Translations under genes and position numbers: made by a program
Notes under the pieces: model-generated
What the model was told of the DNA's origin: nothing
What the model saw: only the letters and a program-made list of their open reading frames with translations
The model's database searches: none
DNA from: Octopus bimaculoides
Taxonomy: Eukaryota
Length of the DNA stretch: 46,723 nucleotides
Reading direction: 5' to 3'
Assembly (NCBI RefSeq): GCF_001194135.2
Contig: NC_068982.1
Location: 3,494,010-3,540,732 of the forward strand
Shown: positions 36,111-46,723 of the stretch, one piece after another
Numbering within the stretch: position 1 is the first letter of the stretch
How the letters are laid out: every line of letters starts with the position of its first letter

Positions 36111-36245
36111 GATACAAATAGCTGGATCAGAACAATTCAGGAGAGGAACGTGTGTATATATGTATATATATATATTGCGGTTATATACCTGCATAGCAAG
36201 TGACTTGATCTGAGATCGTGTGCTGAAACAAAAACAATTGCTGCG

Positions 36246-36329
36246 TGGAAGATGTTTGTAAACCATTTAAGAACACACAAAAAGCGAACGGTTTTTGTGT
36301 GTTCTTAAATGGCTTACAAACATCTTCCA
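36246..36329. repeat. Near-perfect 38-bp inverted repeat, 8-nt loop
   Basis: 36246-36283 versus 36292-36329, 37 of 38 complementary. Confidence 0.9.
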
Positions 36330-36338
36330 AGCTTTAAC

Positions 36339-36375
<37 letters not shown>

Positions 36376-36394
36376 TATTATTATTATTATTATT

Positions 36395-36496
36395 GAGTGA
36401 GAGAGCAGTGCATGCCATCAAAGTGACACTGTGGTAAGATATACGAAGCCCATTATACCCATCATAACTAACCGTCTGATAAGGGTACACCAGGCA
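36395..36496 (-). mobile_element. Family H 3' fragment inserted in (TTA)n
   Basis: Matches 27077-27178; (TTA)n on both sides. Confidence 0.8.
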
Positions 36497-36682
36497 TTAT
36501 TATTACTATTATTATTATTAATACTATTATATTTATCCTACATGATATCGGCATAACTTTATGCAACCCCGAAATAATACTGGCTCACTAGTCATTAGAC
36601 GGTGGCCAGCATAATGGAATAAGAGATTTATTTGCATGTTCAAAACGTTGCCATCAGCAAATTAAAATATGTGTGTGCGCGC

Positions 36683-36751
<69 letters not shown>

Positions 36752-37724
36752 TACCAAAACAATGCGAACTAAATGCAAGGTAAATCACAAGGAAATTCAT
36801 GAATTAATGTAGACTTCTTTTACAGGGCTTAGAAAGAGTGAGAAACAATCATCAATTTCTTGAAAATGCGTCATAAGCCCGAAGTATTCAATACAAGGTA
36901 AGTCTACATTAATTCACATATTTGTTTGGCCTTACCCACGATCTTTTATACAATATATTCTACCCAATGCTTCATAGTAATTATTCCACATATATATATG
37001 TGTATGTGTGAGTGCGTGTGTGTATATATATAAATATATATATATGTGTGTGTGTGCATGTATATATATATATGTATATATATATATATGTGTGTATGCA
37101 TATGTATGTATGTATGTATGTATGTATACACACACTCACACAGGGAGAAACAGAAAGACTTTCATAAATACACATATACGGAATGTAGAGTTATATACAC
37201 ATAACGTGTGTGTATGTGTGAGTGCTTAGATAGAAATATATGTGTGCGTATGCACGCTCATGTGCCTGGTTATGTGTGAGCTTATGAGTGTATCTTGTAT
37301 AAATATACTTGTAGAGAATGTGTAAGTGCGCACACGCATGTGTGTGAGTATATCTGTGTGTGTGTGCGTTTGTAAGTGCGTGTTTCTGGAGGTAATCATC
37401 CATCTTTGTTGTCTTGACAATTTTTGTCGTACACTTGTCAAAGCAAAACACCGGTTGATTAATTCTGGATATCTGTGTAGACTATAAGCAGTTTGAAGAG
37501 CATCCTGTCGCCCTGGATACATCGTTGCTAAATGCGACAGAGCTAGACAGAAATCGCTCTACCTTGATTATCAATACTCCCTCTAGAGGATTTCATCCAC
37601 AATTACTTGAAATGAAGTTAGATGAAGTAGGTAAGAAGGAATATATGTGTCAATGTATGTATATTCAGAGATACTGGTATATATAATTGATATATATATA
37701 CATATAAATCTGTACGCATATATA

Positions 37725-38058
37725 TTTTATTTGTTTCAGTCATTTGACTGTGACCATGCTGGAGCACCACATTTAGTCGAATATATTATTCTTTGTAAGC
37801 CTAGTACTTATTCTATCGGCCCTTTTGCCGAACCGCTAGATTCGGGGACGTAAACACACCAGCATTGGTTGTCAAGCAATGTTGGGGGCACAAATACAGA
37901 CACACAAACATATACATATGTATACGACGGGCTTCTTTCGGTTTCCATCTACCAAATCCACTCACAAGGCTTTGGTTGACCCGAGGCTATAGTAGAAGAC
38001 ACTTGCCCATGGTGTCACGCAGTGGGACTGAACCCAGAACTATGTGGTTGGTAAGCAA
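37725..38058 (-). mobile_element. Family C SINE
   Basis: Same body as 29995-30391. Confidence 0.9.
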
Positions 38059-38084
38059 AATTTGAAATTATTTTTATTATTATT

Positions 38085-38256
38085 TCTCTTTATCACAGGT
38101 TTTGTTGGAGCTTCTGGAGTCTTGGATGCGTAGCATGCTGGCTACCTGCCCCCTAACCATTCTTTTAAGCTACCTAATACTTTCTTGATTAGTTTTTTTG
38201 TTTTGTTTTTTGCTTCTGTATACCTACTGAAGGAGTTACCTCAATCCTATAAAATC
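38085..38256 (-). mobile_element. R4/Dong-like 3' end, same family as 3641
   Basis: LIKKVLGS plus a 3' UTR (GCAGGTAG..TGCTAC.CAT.CAA.ACTCCAG.AGC..CCTGT.ATAAA) shared with 3641-3745. (TTA)n on both sides. Confidence 0.75.
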
Positions 38257-40793
38257 TTATTATTATTATTATTATTATCATTATTATTATGAATATCATC
38301 AAATAACAATATGTTAAAATTGTATCTGTACATTTGTTGCTCTTAAGTTAGCTGATATGCTCACACGTATATGTACATACAATGTGTGAGTGTGTCTGTG
38401 CTTGTGTGTGTGTCTACTGAATCCAATAATAACTCTGATTTTTATAACCCACAAGGGGACAACATAGAAGGGACAATACAAAACATGTGGGGACAAAAGA
38501 CGGAATGACAAAAAGATGAGATGGAAATGAATAATAAAATGAAGCTTTTCGGCCCCCACCTCCGAGTGACTTAATTTATACCTTAATTCGATCCCTTACT
38601 GTCTTTCTGTAAAATGTCGATCTTGTGATTTATTATGATATCCATATAGTCTATGTGTTTTGGTAGTACACTTATTTTTCTCTCGGTATTTTTTTCTCTT
38701 CGTCGATATTAAGGTAAATGAATATAGGTGTTGCCTTCTGGCCGGATTGGTAAAGTGTTGCAATGCTCTGATACAAGAAGGAAGGTAGAACTGGCTCAAT
38801 ACAGCAGGTGTAAGGAGTCTGCCCGAAAACGATTATTGTGTGCTGATGGACCTGGAGAACCTGTGGAAGGTGCATAGGTATATAGGAAACTGTGACTGTG
38901 AGTGGTGGTCCAGAAAGATAGACACCAGCCTACAATGCCGAAAAGAATAAGGTAGATGGACATTTAAAAAAAGATATAATATAGATATTTTGGAAAAAAG
39001 ATGTGGATTAACTATTGTGTAAATAATTGTGTTCAAATGGTGTGTCAAATTGGCTGTTGCAAAGGATAATGCAAATGGTGTTGCTACAGGTTCAATTAAG
39101 CCGCTTGGAGGTGGGTGCCGAGCGACTTCATCTTTAATTATATAATTTTATTCATTTCATTCGGTTTTTTTTTTTTTGTCCCCACCATGTGCTGTCCCCT
39201 CTGTGTAAGGCCCTTGTAGCCATAAAATAAAATAAAATAACATAAAGGTAGAATTTGGCTCAGACAATCCGTATTTTTCTGGAACAATATTATATATTTG
39301 TATTTGGTTTTGTCTGTGACCGTTGAAACAATCAAACTAGCTAAAGAATTGCTTGTTGGTCTTATAAAATTGGTCATTTATTTGATAGAAATACTTTGAA
39401 AGAGAATCAGTCGTGGCCAATGATTGAATGCCTGCCAGTATTTAGTTAGCAGTTACGACATTCTGAGTTTAACTCTCACGCGACTCATCTTCCTCTTTCA
39501 ATTTTGCACTCTCGCCAGAGTAGTACAGAGCAAAAGGATCTGTCTTGGCTTCAGCGTAGAGATATCAGCTGTTTGATTATTTGAACTGTTTGCTTCTCAT
39601 TAAGTTAGTATGAAAGTGGCTGAGTACTCCACAAACACTGGTAGATAGATTTGAGTGGATGAAGGGGTTTGGATTTTTATTGGATGGATTTGGTTTTTTG
39701 ATGTTTTGTCTGGTAAAAATAGCATGGCAGAGTATGTGACAAAGACGACCTTTCAATTACAGATATAATCGATACAGCTTCCATTTACCCTGTTTCACTA
39801 ATAAGGTATGGATTGACTCAATATTAAGCCAAGGTTGTAGAAAATAATATTTGCTAGAGATGCCACGCATTGAGATCGAACCGTGGATAGGAAGACGATT
39901 TAGTTTATCGATTTTGGTTAAGATAAAAAAGAATGCTACAATCAAGACAGAACTGAAAGCGGATTGTGACCGGCGGTGTATAACAGCATCTAATGGTCTG
40001 ATCATTACTGTGNNNNNNNNNNNNNNNNNNNNNNNNNNNNNNNNNNNNNNNNNNNNNNNNNNNNNNNNNNNNNNNNNNNNNNNNNNNNNNNNNNNNNNNN
40101 NNNNNNNNNNNNNNNNNNNNNNNNNNNNNNNNNNNNNNNNNNNNNNNNNNNNNNNNNNNNNNNNNNNNNNNNNNNNNNNNNNNNNNNNNNNNNNNNNNNN
40201 NNNNNNNNNNNNNNNNNNNNNNNNNNNNNNNNNNNNNNNNNNNNNNNNNNNNNNNNNNNNNNNNNNNNNNNNNNNNNNNNNNNNNNNNNNNNNNNNNNNN
40301 NNNNNNNNNNNNNNNNNNNNNNNNNNNNNNNNNNNNNNNNNNNNNNNNNNNNNNNNNNNNNNNNNNNNNNNNNNNNNNNNNNNNNNNNNNNNNNNNNNNN
40401 NNNNNNNNNNNNNNNNNNNNNNNNNNNNNNNNNNNNNNNNNNNNNNNNNNNNNNNNNNNNNNNNNNNNNNNNNNNNNNNNNNNNNNNNNNNNNNNNNNNN
40501 NNNNNNNNNNNNNNNNNNNNNNNNNNNNNNNNNNNNNNNNNNNNNNNNNNNNNNNNNNNNNNNNNNNNNNNNNNNNNNNNNNNNNNNNNNNNNNNNNNNN
40601 NNNNNNNNNNNNNNNNNNNNNNNNNNNNNNNNNNNNNNNNNNNNNNNNNNNNNNNNNNNNNNNNNNNNNNNNNNNNNNNNNNNATATATATATATATATA
40701 TATATAAGAAGGTTTGGAGGTGATGTACAGGTATTATATATTAGAAAAAATTATTATTATTTTTTCTAACATATATATATATATATATATGTG

Positions 40794-41162
40794 TGTGTGG
40801 TAAGAAGTTTGCCTTCCAACCACACAGTTCCGGGTTCAGTCTCACTGCGTGGCACTTTGGCTCGGGCTGACCAAAGCCTGATGAGTGGATTTGGTAGACG
40901 GAAACTGAAAGAAGCCCGTCGCATATGTGCGTGAGTGTGTGTGTGTGTGTACGTATTTGTATCTATGTTTGTCCCACCATCACCACTCAACAACCGGTGT
41001 TGATGTATTTACATCTCCGTAACTTAGCGGTTCTTCTAACGGGGCCGATAGAATAAGTACCAGGCTTTAAAAGATAAGTCCTGGGGTCGATTCATTCGAC
41101 TAAAAATTCCTGAGGGCGGTGCCCCAGCATGGCCACAGTTAAAAGACTGAAACAAGTAAAAG
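40794..41162 (+). mobile_element. Family C SINE
   Basis: Same body, with an internal deletion. Confidence 0.9.
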
Positions 41163-41195
41163 TCTGTGTGTCTGTGTGTGTGTGCATGTCTGCGT

Positions 41196-41227
<32 letters not shown>

Positions 41228-41738
41228 TCTCTCACAGTATAGAACGTATGTGACCTTTAAATGGTATCCCAGCAAGTGTTTGAGCTATAAATACAATCGA
41301 TCCCCTTTTTCTCAAGAATCGATTACCTTGATACGTATCCATCCGATCGGCTGAACCAGTTTTCTCTTCTTTTCTTGTAAACATCACTCAACCAAATTTC
41401 ACTCACAAGCTTTCGATCGATTCTTGGTTGTAATCGAAGGCATTTGGCCAAGGTCGTGCACGGTAGACTCAAACTGGAATGTATGTTGCCGAGAAATGAA
41501 CTTGTAAACCACAGACACGTGCTTGCCTCGCTTGCTGCCTCTTTATCGCTGTTCTGTTTCTGTACCAACGATACTTTACTCACAAAGTAACAAAGGTTAT
41601 ATACCTATAAATGGGTACCAAAAACAAAAGTAGGGGGCCTATATTGCGAATGTAGGGGTGGGGCACGAAATCCGTGTTTGGTGTACTTGAAACATTGGGC
41701 GCAATTTCAGTACCATTATCTCCTTTCTGAGGTGGGGG

Positions 41739-41953
41739 GTGGCGAGCTGGCAGAATCGTTAGCACGCCGGACGAAATGTTTGGCGGTATTTCGACTGCCG
41801 CTACGTTCTGAATTCAAATTCCGTCTTTCCAAAGGATGACTTTGCCTTTCATCCTTTCGAGGTCGATAAATTAAGTACCAGTTGAGTACTGAGGTCGATG
41901 TAACCGATTTAACCCCCCCCCCCTAGAATTTCACGCTTATAGTAGAAAGGATT
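41739..41953 (+). mobile_element. Family B SINE
   Basis: Head, B-box, central domain, AGTAGAAAGGATT end. Confidence 0.9.
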
Positions 41954-42139
41954 TTCTGGAATTAAAGCTACAATCATAATCTTTCAGTTGCATTAATTTA
42001 AGCTAGAGTAAGATGAAATCCAATGAATACCAGTCATATGCTGGGGTTAATTTAGTGAAATATTCTCAATTCCAAAGTTTCTTGAGTCAATATTAGATAT
42101 TCTTACTTAAAAAAGAATTGAATTGCTTGTTTAATCGTT

Positions 42140-42353
42140 GGTTTCAAATATTTGCACAAGGCCAGCAATTTCGAGGCAGGGATTAAGTCGATTATATCGA
42201 CCCCAGTGTTCAACTGGTACTTATTATATCGACCCCCGAAGTATGAAAGGTAAAGTCGACCTCGGTGGAATTTGAACTCAGAACGTGAAGACGGACGAAA
42301 TGCCGCTCAGCCTGTTGCTCGGCGTGCTAACGATTCTGCCAGTCCACCATCTT
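42140..42353 (-). mobile_element. Family B SINE
   Basis: Full-length, convergent with 41739-41953. Confidence 0.9.
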
Positions 42354-43149
42354 AACTAACATGTTTAATTTTTGCCCGCCACGTCGTGCTTTCTTATATT
42401 CTTATAATACAAGAGAAGCAGTAAAACATAACAGCGTATGTCTGCATGTGTGTATACATGAGTGGTTTCGTGACGGTATAAACATTGTTTTACACGCGAC
42501 TGCTCCGTTTATTTTCCTATCAATCGTTTAAACGAAGAACAAGGACTTCGTTCTTGCTCGAATAGGTCACGTAACATAACATTCTTTATATTACAACGTC
42601 ATAATATTACTCATTGCAAATATCACCTCACTTCACCTCACTAAACGCCATGCTTCAATTTATTAACTACAGCTTGTCTTCAATTGAAATAATGATATTT
42701 TCTTAGTTCAAAACTATTTATGTAACTGGTGGGAGATTTCGTCGATTGAGTATAATATCCCTCCAGACCATCACTGCTATTTCTATTGAGAATTTCTTTT
42801 TAAAAAAACCAATATGATTGCGTTAAATAACAAGCTTCTTCAAAACATATTGCCATTAAAAGAAAGTAGAGAGATGTCTGAAAATTATTGGAGGATTATA
42901 ATTTAAAAGATAATAACATTGTGATATTTTGTTGAGGCTGAGGTGCATGGAATGCCATTGTCTCTTCTCGCAGTCACCATTTTAATCGCAGACGATGTGG
43001 TGAAAGCGAAAACTGGTCAAAAACAAAAGAAAGGAAGAAGGAATATAATCGAAGAAGCAGAGTGGAAGGAGACAGAATTTATTGAACGAAATGAATTATT
43101 ATTATTATTATTATTTTGTATTGAATGATGGGAAAATAAAAGAAATGCA

Positions 43150-43360
43150 GAAATGAATGTGAACGTGAGAAAGAGAGAGAAAGAAATAGAGAAATGAATG
43201 TGAAAGTGAGAAAGAGAGAGAAAGAAATAGAGAAATGAGTGAGAAAGAAATAGAGAAATGAATGTGAAAGTGAGAAAGAGAGAGAAAGAAATAGAGAAAT
43301 GAATGTGAAAGTGAGAAAGAGAGAGAAAGAAATAGAGAAATGAATGTGAAGGTGAGAAAG
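43150..43360 (+). repeat. 41-bp purine-rich minisatellite, about 5 units
   Basis: Unit GAAATGAATGTGAAAGTGAGAAAGAGAGAGAAAGAAATAGA; one unit internally deleted. Confidence 0.9.
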
Positions 43361-43921
43361 GAAGAGAAGAAAAAAAACAGATAAAAATTGATTGAAACTT
43401 TTGTTGAAGTAATCGAAGGATATTTTTAAAATATATTTTTTAAATTAATTTAATATATATTTTTTCTTGGTGAAATACGAAAGAAAACATGTTCAAATTA
43501 TGACATGTATCTTAAATAAGTATGGAAATAGTTGAGAGAAATGTAACGCTAACATAACTGTCACACTTCTTTGTCGCCTTTCCTTCCTTTTTTTCAATAT
43601 ATGGACTTCGTAATTTGAAATGTTCAACGCAAGGCAAATCGAGTCAGCGATACAGTTTCAATCTACAGTTGGAAATAAGTGCATCTTCTTTAAATTGATT
43701 CATTTAAATTCTCTTGAAAAATTCATAAACGTCACTTCCACCAAACATAAGAAGTTTTTAAGTAAAAACTCATTAATAGTTATAATGATTGCAGTTTTAG
43801 GTATTAGTTTATGGCACCGATCAGCCTGGATCAAGTAGGCCTATGATCAAATAACGCTCAAGCCGAGAAAATACTGTCCCTTTTTTTAGGACGATATTAT
43901 TTCATTAGCCAACATATATCC

Positions 43922-44160
43922 TTGACGGATATTTGTCCTCATCCTGTTTGTTTTTAACACAACGTTTCGGCTGATATATCCTCCAGCCTTCATCAGCTGT
44001 CTTCAGGAAATTTCGAACCTAGGTTCTCATTCCTAAGGTATTTTTCGATGTTATTATTATTATTGTTGTTATTATTATTCAGATCACTGCCTAGAATCGA
44101 ACTCGGAATCTTGGGGTTAGTAGCCCGCACTCTTAACCACTACGCCATGTGCCCGTGGGC
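43922..44160 (-). mobile_element. Family A element (head + linker + tail, 3'-truncated)
   Basis: CTGATGA at 43996-43990, linker 44051-44078, head 44079-44160. Confidence 0.9.
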
Positions 44161-44310
44161 ATAATAATAATCGAAAAATACCTGAGGAATGAAAACCCAG
44201 GTTCGAAATTCCCCCAAGACACCTGAAGAAGGCTGGAGGGTATATCAGCCGAAACGTTGTCTTAACAGCAAACAAGATGAGGACAAATATCCGTCAAATG
44301 TAAATAATGT
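44161..44310 (+). mobile_element. Family A linker + tail, directly fused in inverted orientation to the previous copy
   Basis: ATAATAATAATCGAAAAATACC..CTGAAGA (44223-44229)..GAAACGTT..AATAATGT. Confidence 0.9.
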
Positions 44311-44745
44311 TGATCGTTCACACACACACACACACACACACTGTATATATATATAGAGAGAGAGAGATAGAGAGAGAGAGAGAGGGAGAGAGAGAGAGAC
44401 GAGTAAAGAAGAACAAGAGTTAAGCGACAAGCGGTTCTTGTCTAATAAAACCAGCTTAAAAACCACTTTTAATGCAATTTCATCTGAATCGGCGGATTCC
44501 ATTCACACCAAATTTATGATTTTTTTTCATCATGATTTCCTTTCAAATAGACACCGCATCTTTATTTTGCAAGGGAAGAGGTAATAATTTCAATAGAAAT
44601 GAAGTAGAGTTTCACTGTTCTGTTCTTGTCTCCGAGAAAAACAAAAGCTATTGCAGAAGGGTTTGAACGTAGAAAGACCGCATTCAGTATATCCAGACTA
44701 ATGTTGGATATCCTATTATTATTGAGTTATCTATCAACTGTCCTC

Positions 44746-44894
44746 ACGTTCTGAGATCAAATTCCGCTGAGGTCGACTCTGCCTTTCATCCTTTCGGGGT
44801 CGATAAATTAAGTACCAGTTACGCACTGGGTCGATGTAATAGACTCATTCCCTTCCCCCAAATTTCAGTCCTTGTACCTATAGTAGAAAGGATT
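44746..44894 (+). mobile_element. 5'-truncated family B SINE
   Basis: GTTCTGAGATCAAATTCCG..GCCTTTCATCCTTTCGGGGTCGATAAATTAAGTACCAG. Confidence 0.9.
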
Positions 44895-45110
44895 TTTGGG
44901 TTATCTAATCAAGTTAGTTATTTTCTTTAAAGACACTCCACTTTCGGGTAAGTATGGCCATGTGATTATGAAGTTACACGTTATATTTCTCATGTTGCGA
45001 GAACGTTCAAATAAGTGTCCAGCGTAGTATTACACTGGATACGACTTAAAGGTAATGCTCCAACATGGCCACAGTTAAATGACTATAATCATAGAAATAT
45101 ATGAATATAT

Positions 45111-45492
45111 AGGCGCAGGAGTGGCTGTGTGGTAAGAAGCTTGCTTCCTAACACATGGTTCCGGATTCAGTCCTACTGTGTGCAAGTGGCTTCTACTATA
45201 GCCTCGGGCTGACCAAAGCCTTGTAGGTGGATTTGGTAGACGGAAACTGAAAGAAGCCTGTCGTATATATTATATATATGTGTGTGTGTGTGTCTGTGTT
45301 TGTGACCCTAAAATCGCTTGACAACCGATGCTGATGTGTTTACATCCCCGTAACTTAGCGGTTCGGCAAAAATAGATTGATAGAATAAGTACTAGGCTTA
45401 CAAAGAATAAGTCCTGGGGTCGATTTGCTCGACTAAAAGGCGGTGCTCCAGCATGGCCGCAGTCAAAAATGACTGAAACAAATAAAAGAATA
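45111..45492 (+). mobile_element. Family C SINE, near full-length
   Basis: Starts AGGCGCAGGAGTGGCTGTGTGGTAAG, ends GACTGAAACAAATAAAAGAATA. Confidence 0.9.
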
Positions 45493-46566
45493 TGATGGAT
45501 TTCCGTCTACCAAACTTATAAAATGTCACTCAAGCCAAAGATCCACAGTACCCTTGCTAGGATCGAACTCATAATCGATTCGTTGTAAAGTAACCCTCTT
45601 AATAAAGCAGCCATGCTTTGCGCCCAATAACGATTGTATTTTAGTGGTTTCTTGTTAAAGTGAGTTCTTGTTTATGACAAAAAAAAAAAAAAAGAAACGA
45701 ACTTTTTTATTTTTTATTGTATTTTCTTATTAATTCTCCTTGCAACTGTTTTTCTCCGATGTTTGTTGTAGAGGTTTTTGTGTTGCCAGACTTATGTGCT
45801 ACTTACGATTTGCATCCAGTTAGTTTTATTCAACAAAACAAACATTGTTGAAGTTTTACTGCATTTATCAACTACTTTGGCTTTGAGCGTTGTAGCAAAT
45901 ACTCATTCTTGACTTTTTGATTTTATTCTGTTAACATCATCATCATCATCAGCATCATATCATCGTATCATCAGCATCATTATCATCAGTAGTAGTAATT
46001 TCTTGTTCTTTATTTATTGCAAGGGTATTGTATTTAATTTTAACTTGCTCTCTAGGAGTTTTTCAGTCACTTCAAATCTCTCTCTTGCTTTCTCTGTCTC
46101 TCTTTCTCTCTCTCTCTATATATATATATATCTTTCTCTCTGCTGTATATATAGCTATATATATATATATATATATATATATTTACACACACACACATAT
46201 ATATAAATGTGTGTGTGTATATACACAACTGAGAGAGAAATGAAAGATGTACGCAAGCATGTAAATGTGTCTGTTTCTATTCATTTTTTTTTCTTTCTTT
46301 CATACTTTATACTTACACATTTTTCCTATTTCTTTTCGCATTTCTGATGACATTGCTAATTCAATAGAAATATTCTCTGTCTGAGAACCAGCTATTTATA
46401 TATAAATATTTGTTCTCTAAATCTTCCCAGATTCGCATGAAGCTCACTCGTGAAATTTTCTGTATCAATATATTATTATACCTTTTTATAAACACTTCGA
46501 GAGATATAACTCTCTGCATAGTTTCCCCCCTAGTTTACGTAAATACACACACACATATGTATTTAG

Positions 46567-46634
<68 letters not shown>

Positions 46635-46723
46635 ATACAAGCATATGTATGTATATAAATATATACGTATGTACATTTTTGTGCGTATATGTGTATATAA
46701 ATATATGTGTGTGTGTGTATATA

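Overview
AT-rich, microsatellite-saturated eukaryotic scaffold with nine N gaps. The SINE families and repeat style suggest an octopod cephalopod (inference, not verified). No host protein-coding gene can be called confidently, and almost all tracked ORFs are microsatellite or gap artefacts. The window is a patchwork of: tRNA-derived SINEs (three families); at least eight 3'-end fragments and one RT fragment of R4/Dong-like RLE LINEs, many embedded in (TAA)n; RTE, Tc1/mariner, hAT and pogo-like relics; and several short palindromic elements. The most interesting signal is a ~300-330 nt non-coding element seen in 8 whole or partial copies (family A): 5' GCCC-AC-GGGC hairpin + tRNA-like Pol III head + (AAT)n linker + ~185 nt tail carrying a minimal Penelope-type hammerhead ribozyme (CUGANGA...GAAACGUU), ending precisely at ...ATATAGAACTG with no poly(A) or repeat tail. 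It repeatedly occurs as fold-back inverted structures, and its linker is itself hit by R4/Dong-like LINEs. All calls are by eye; no alignments or database searches were run, and boundaries are approximate to a few nt.
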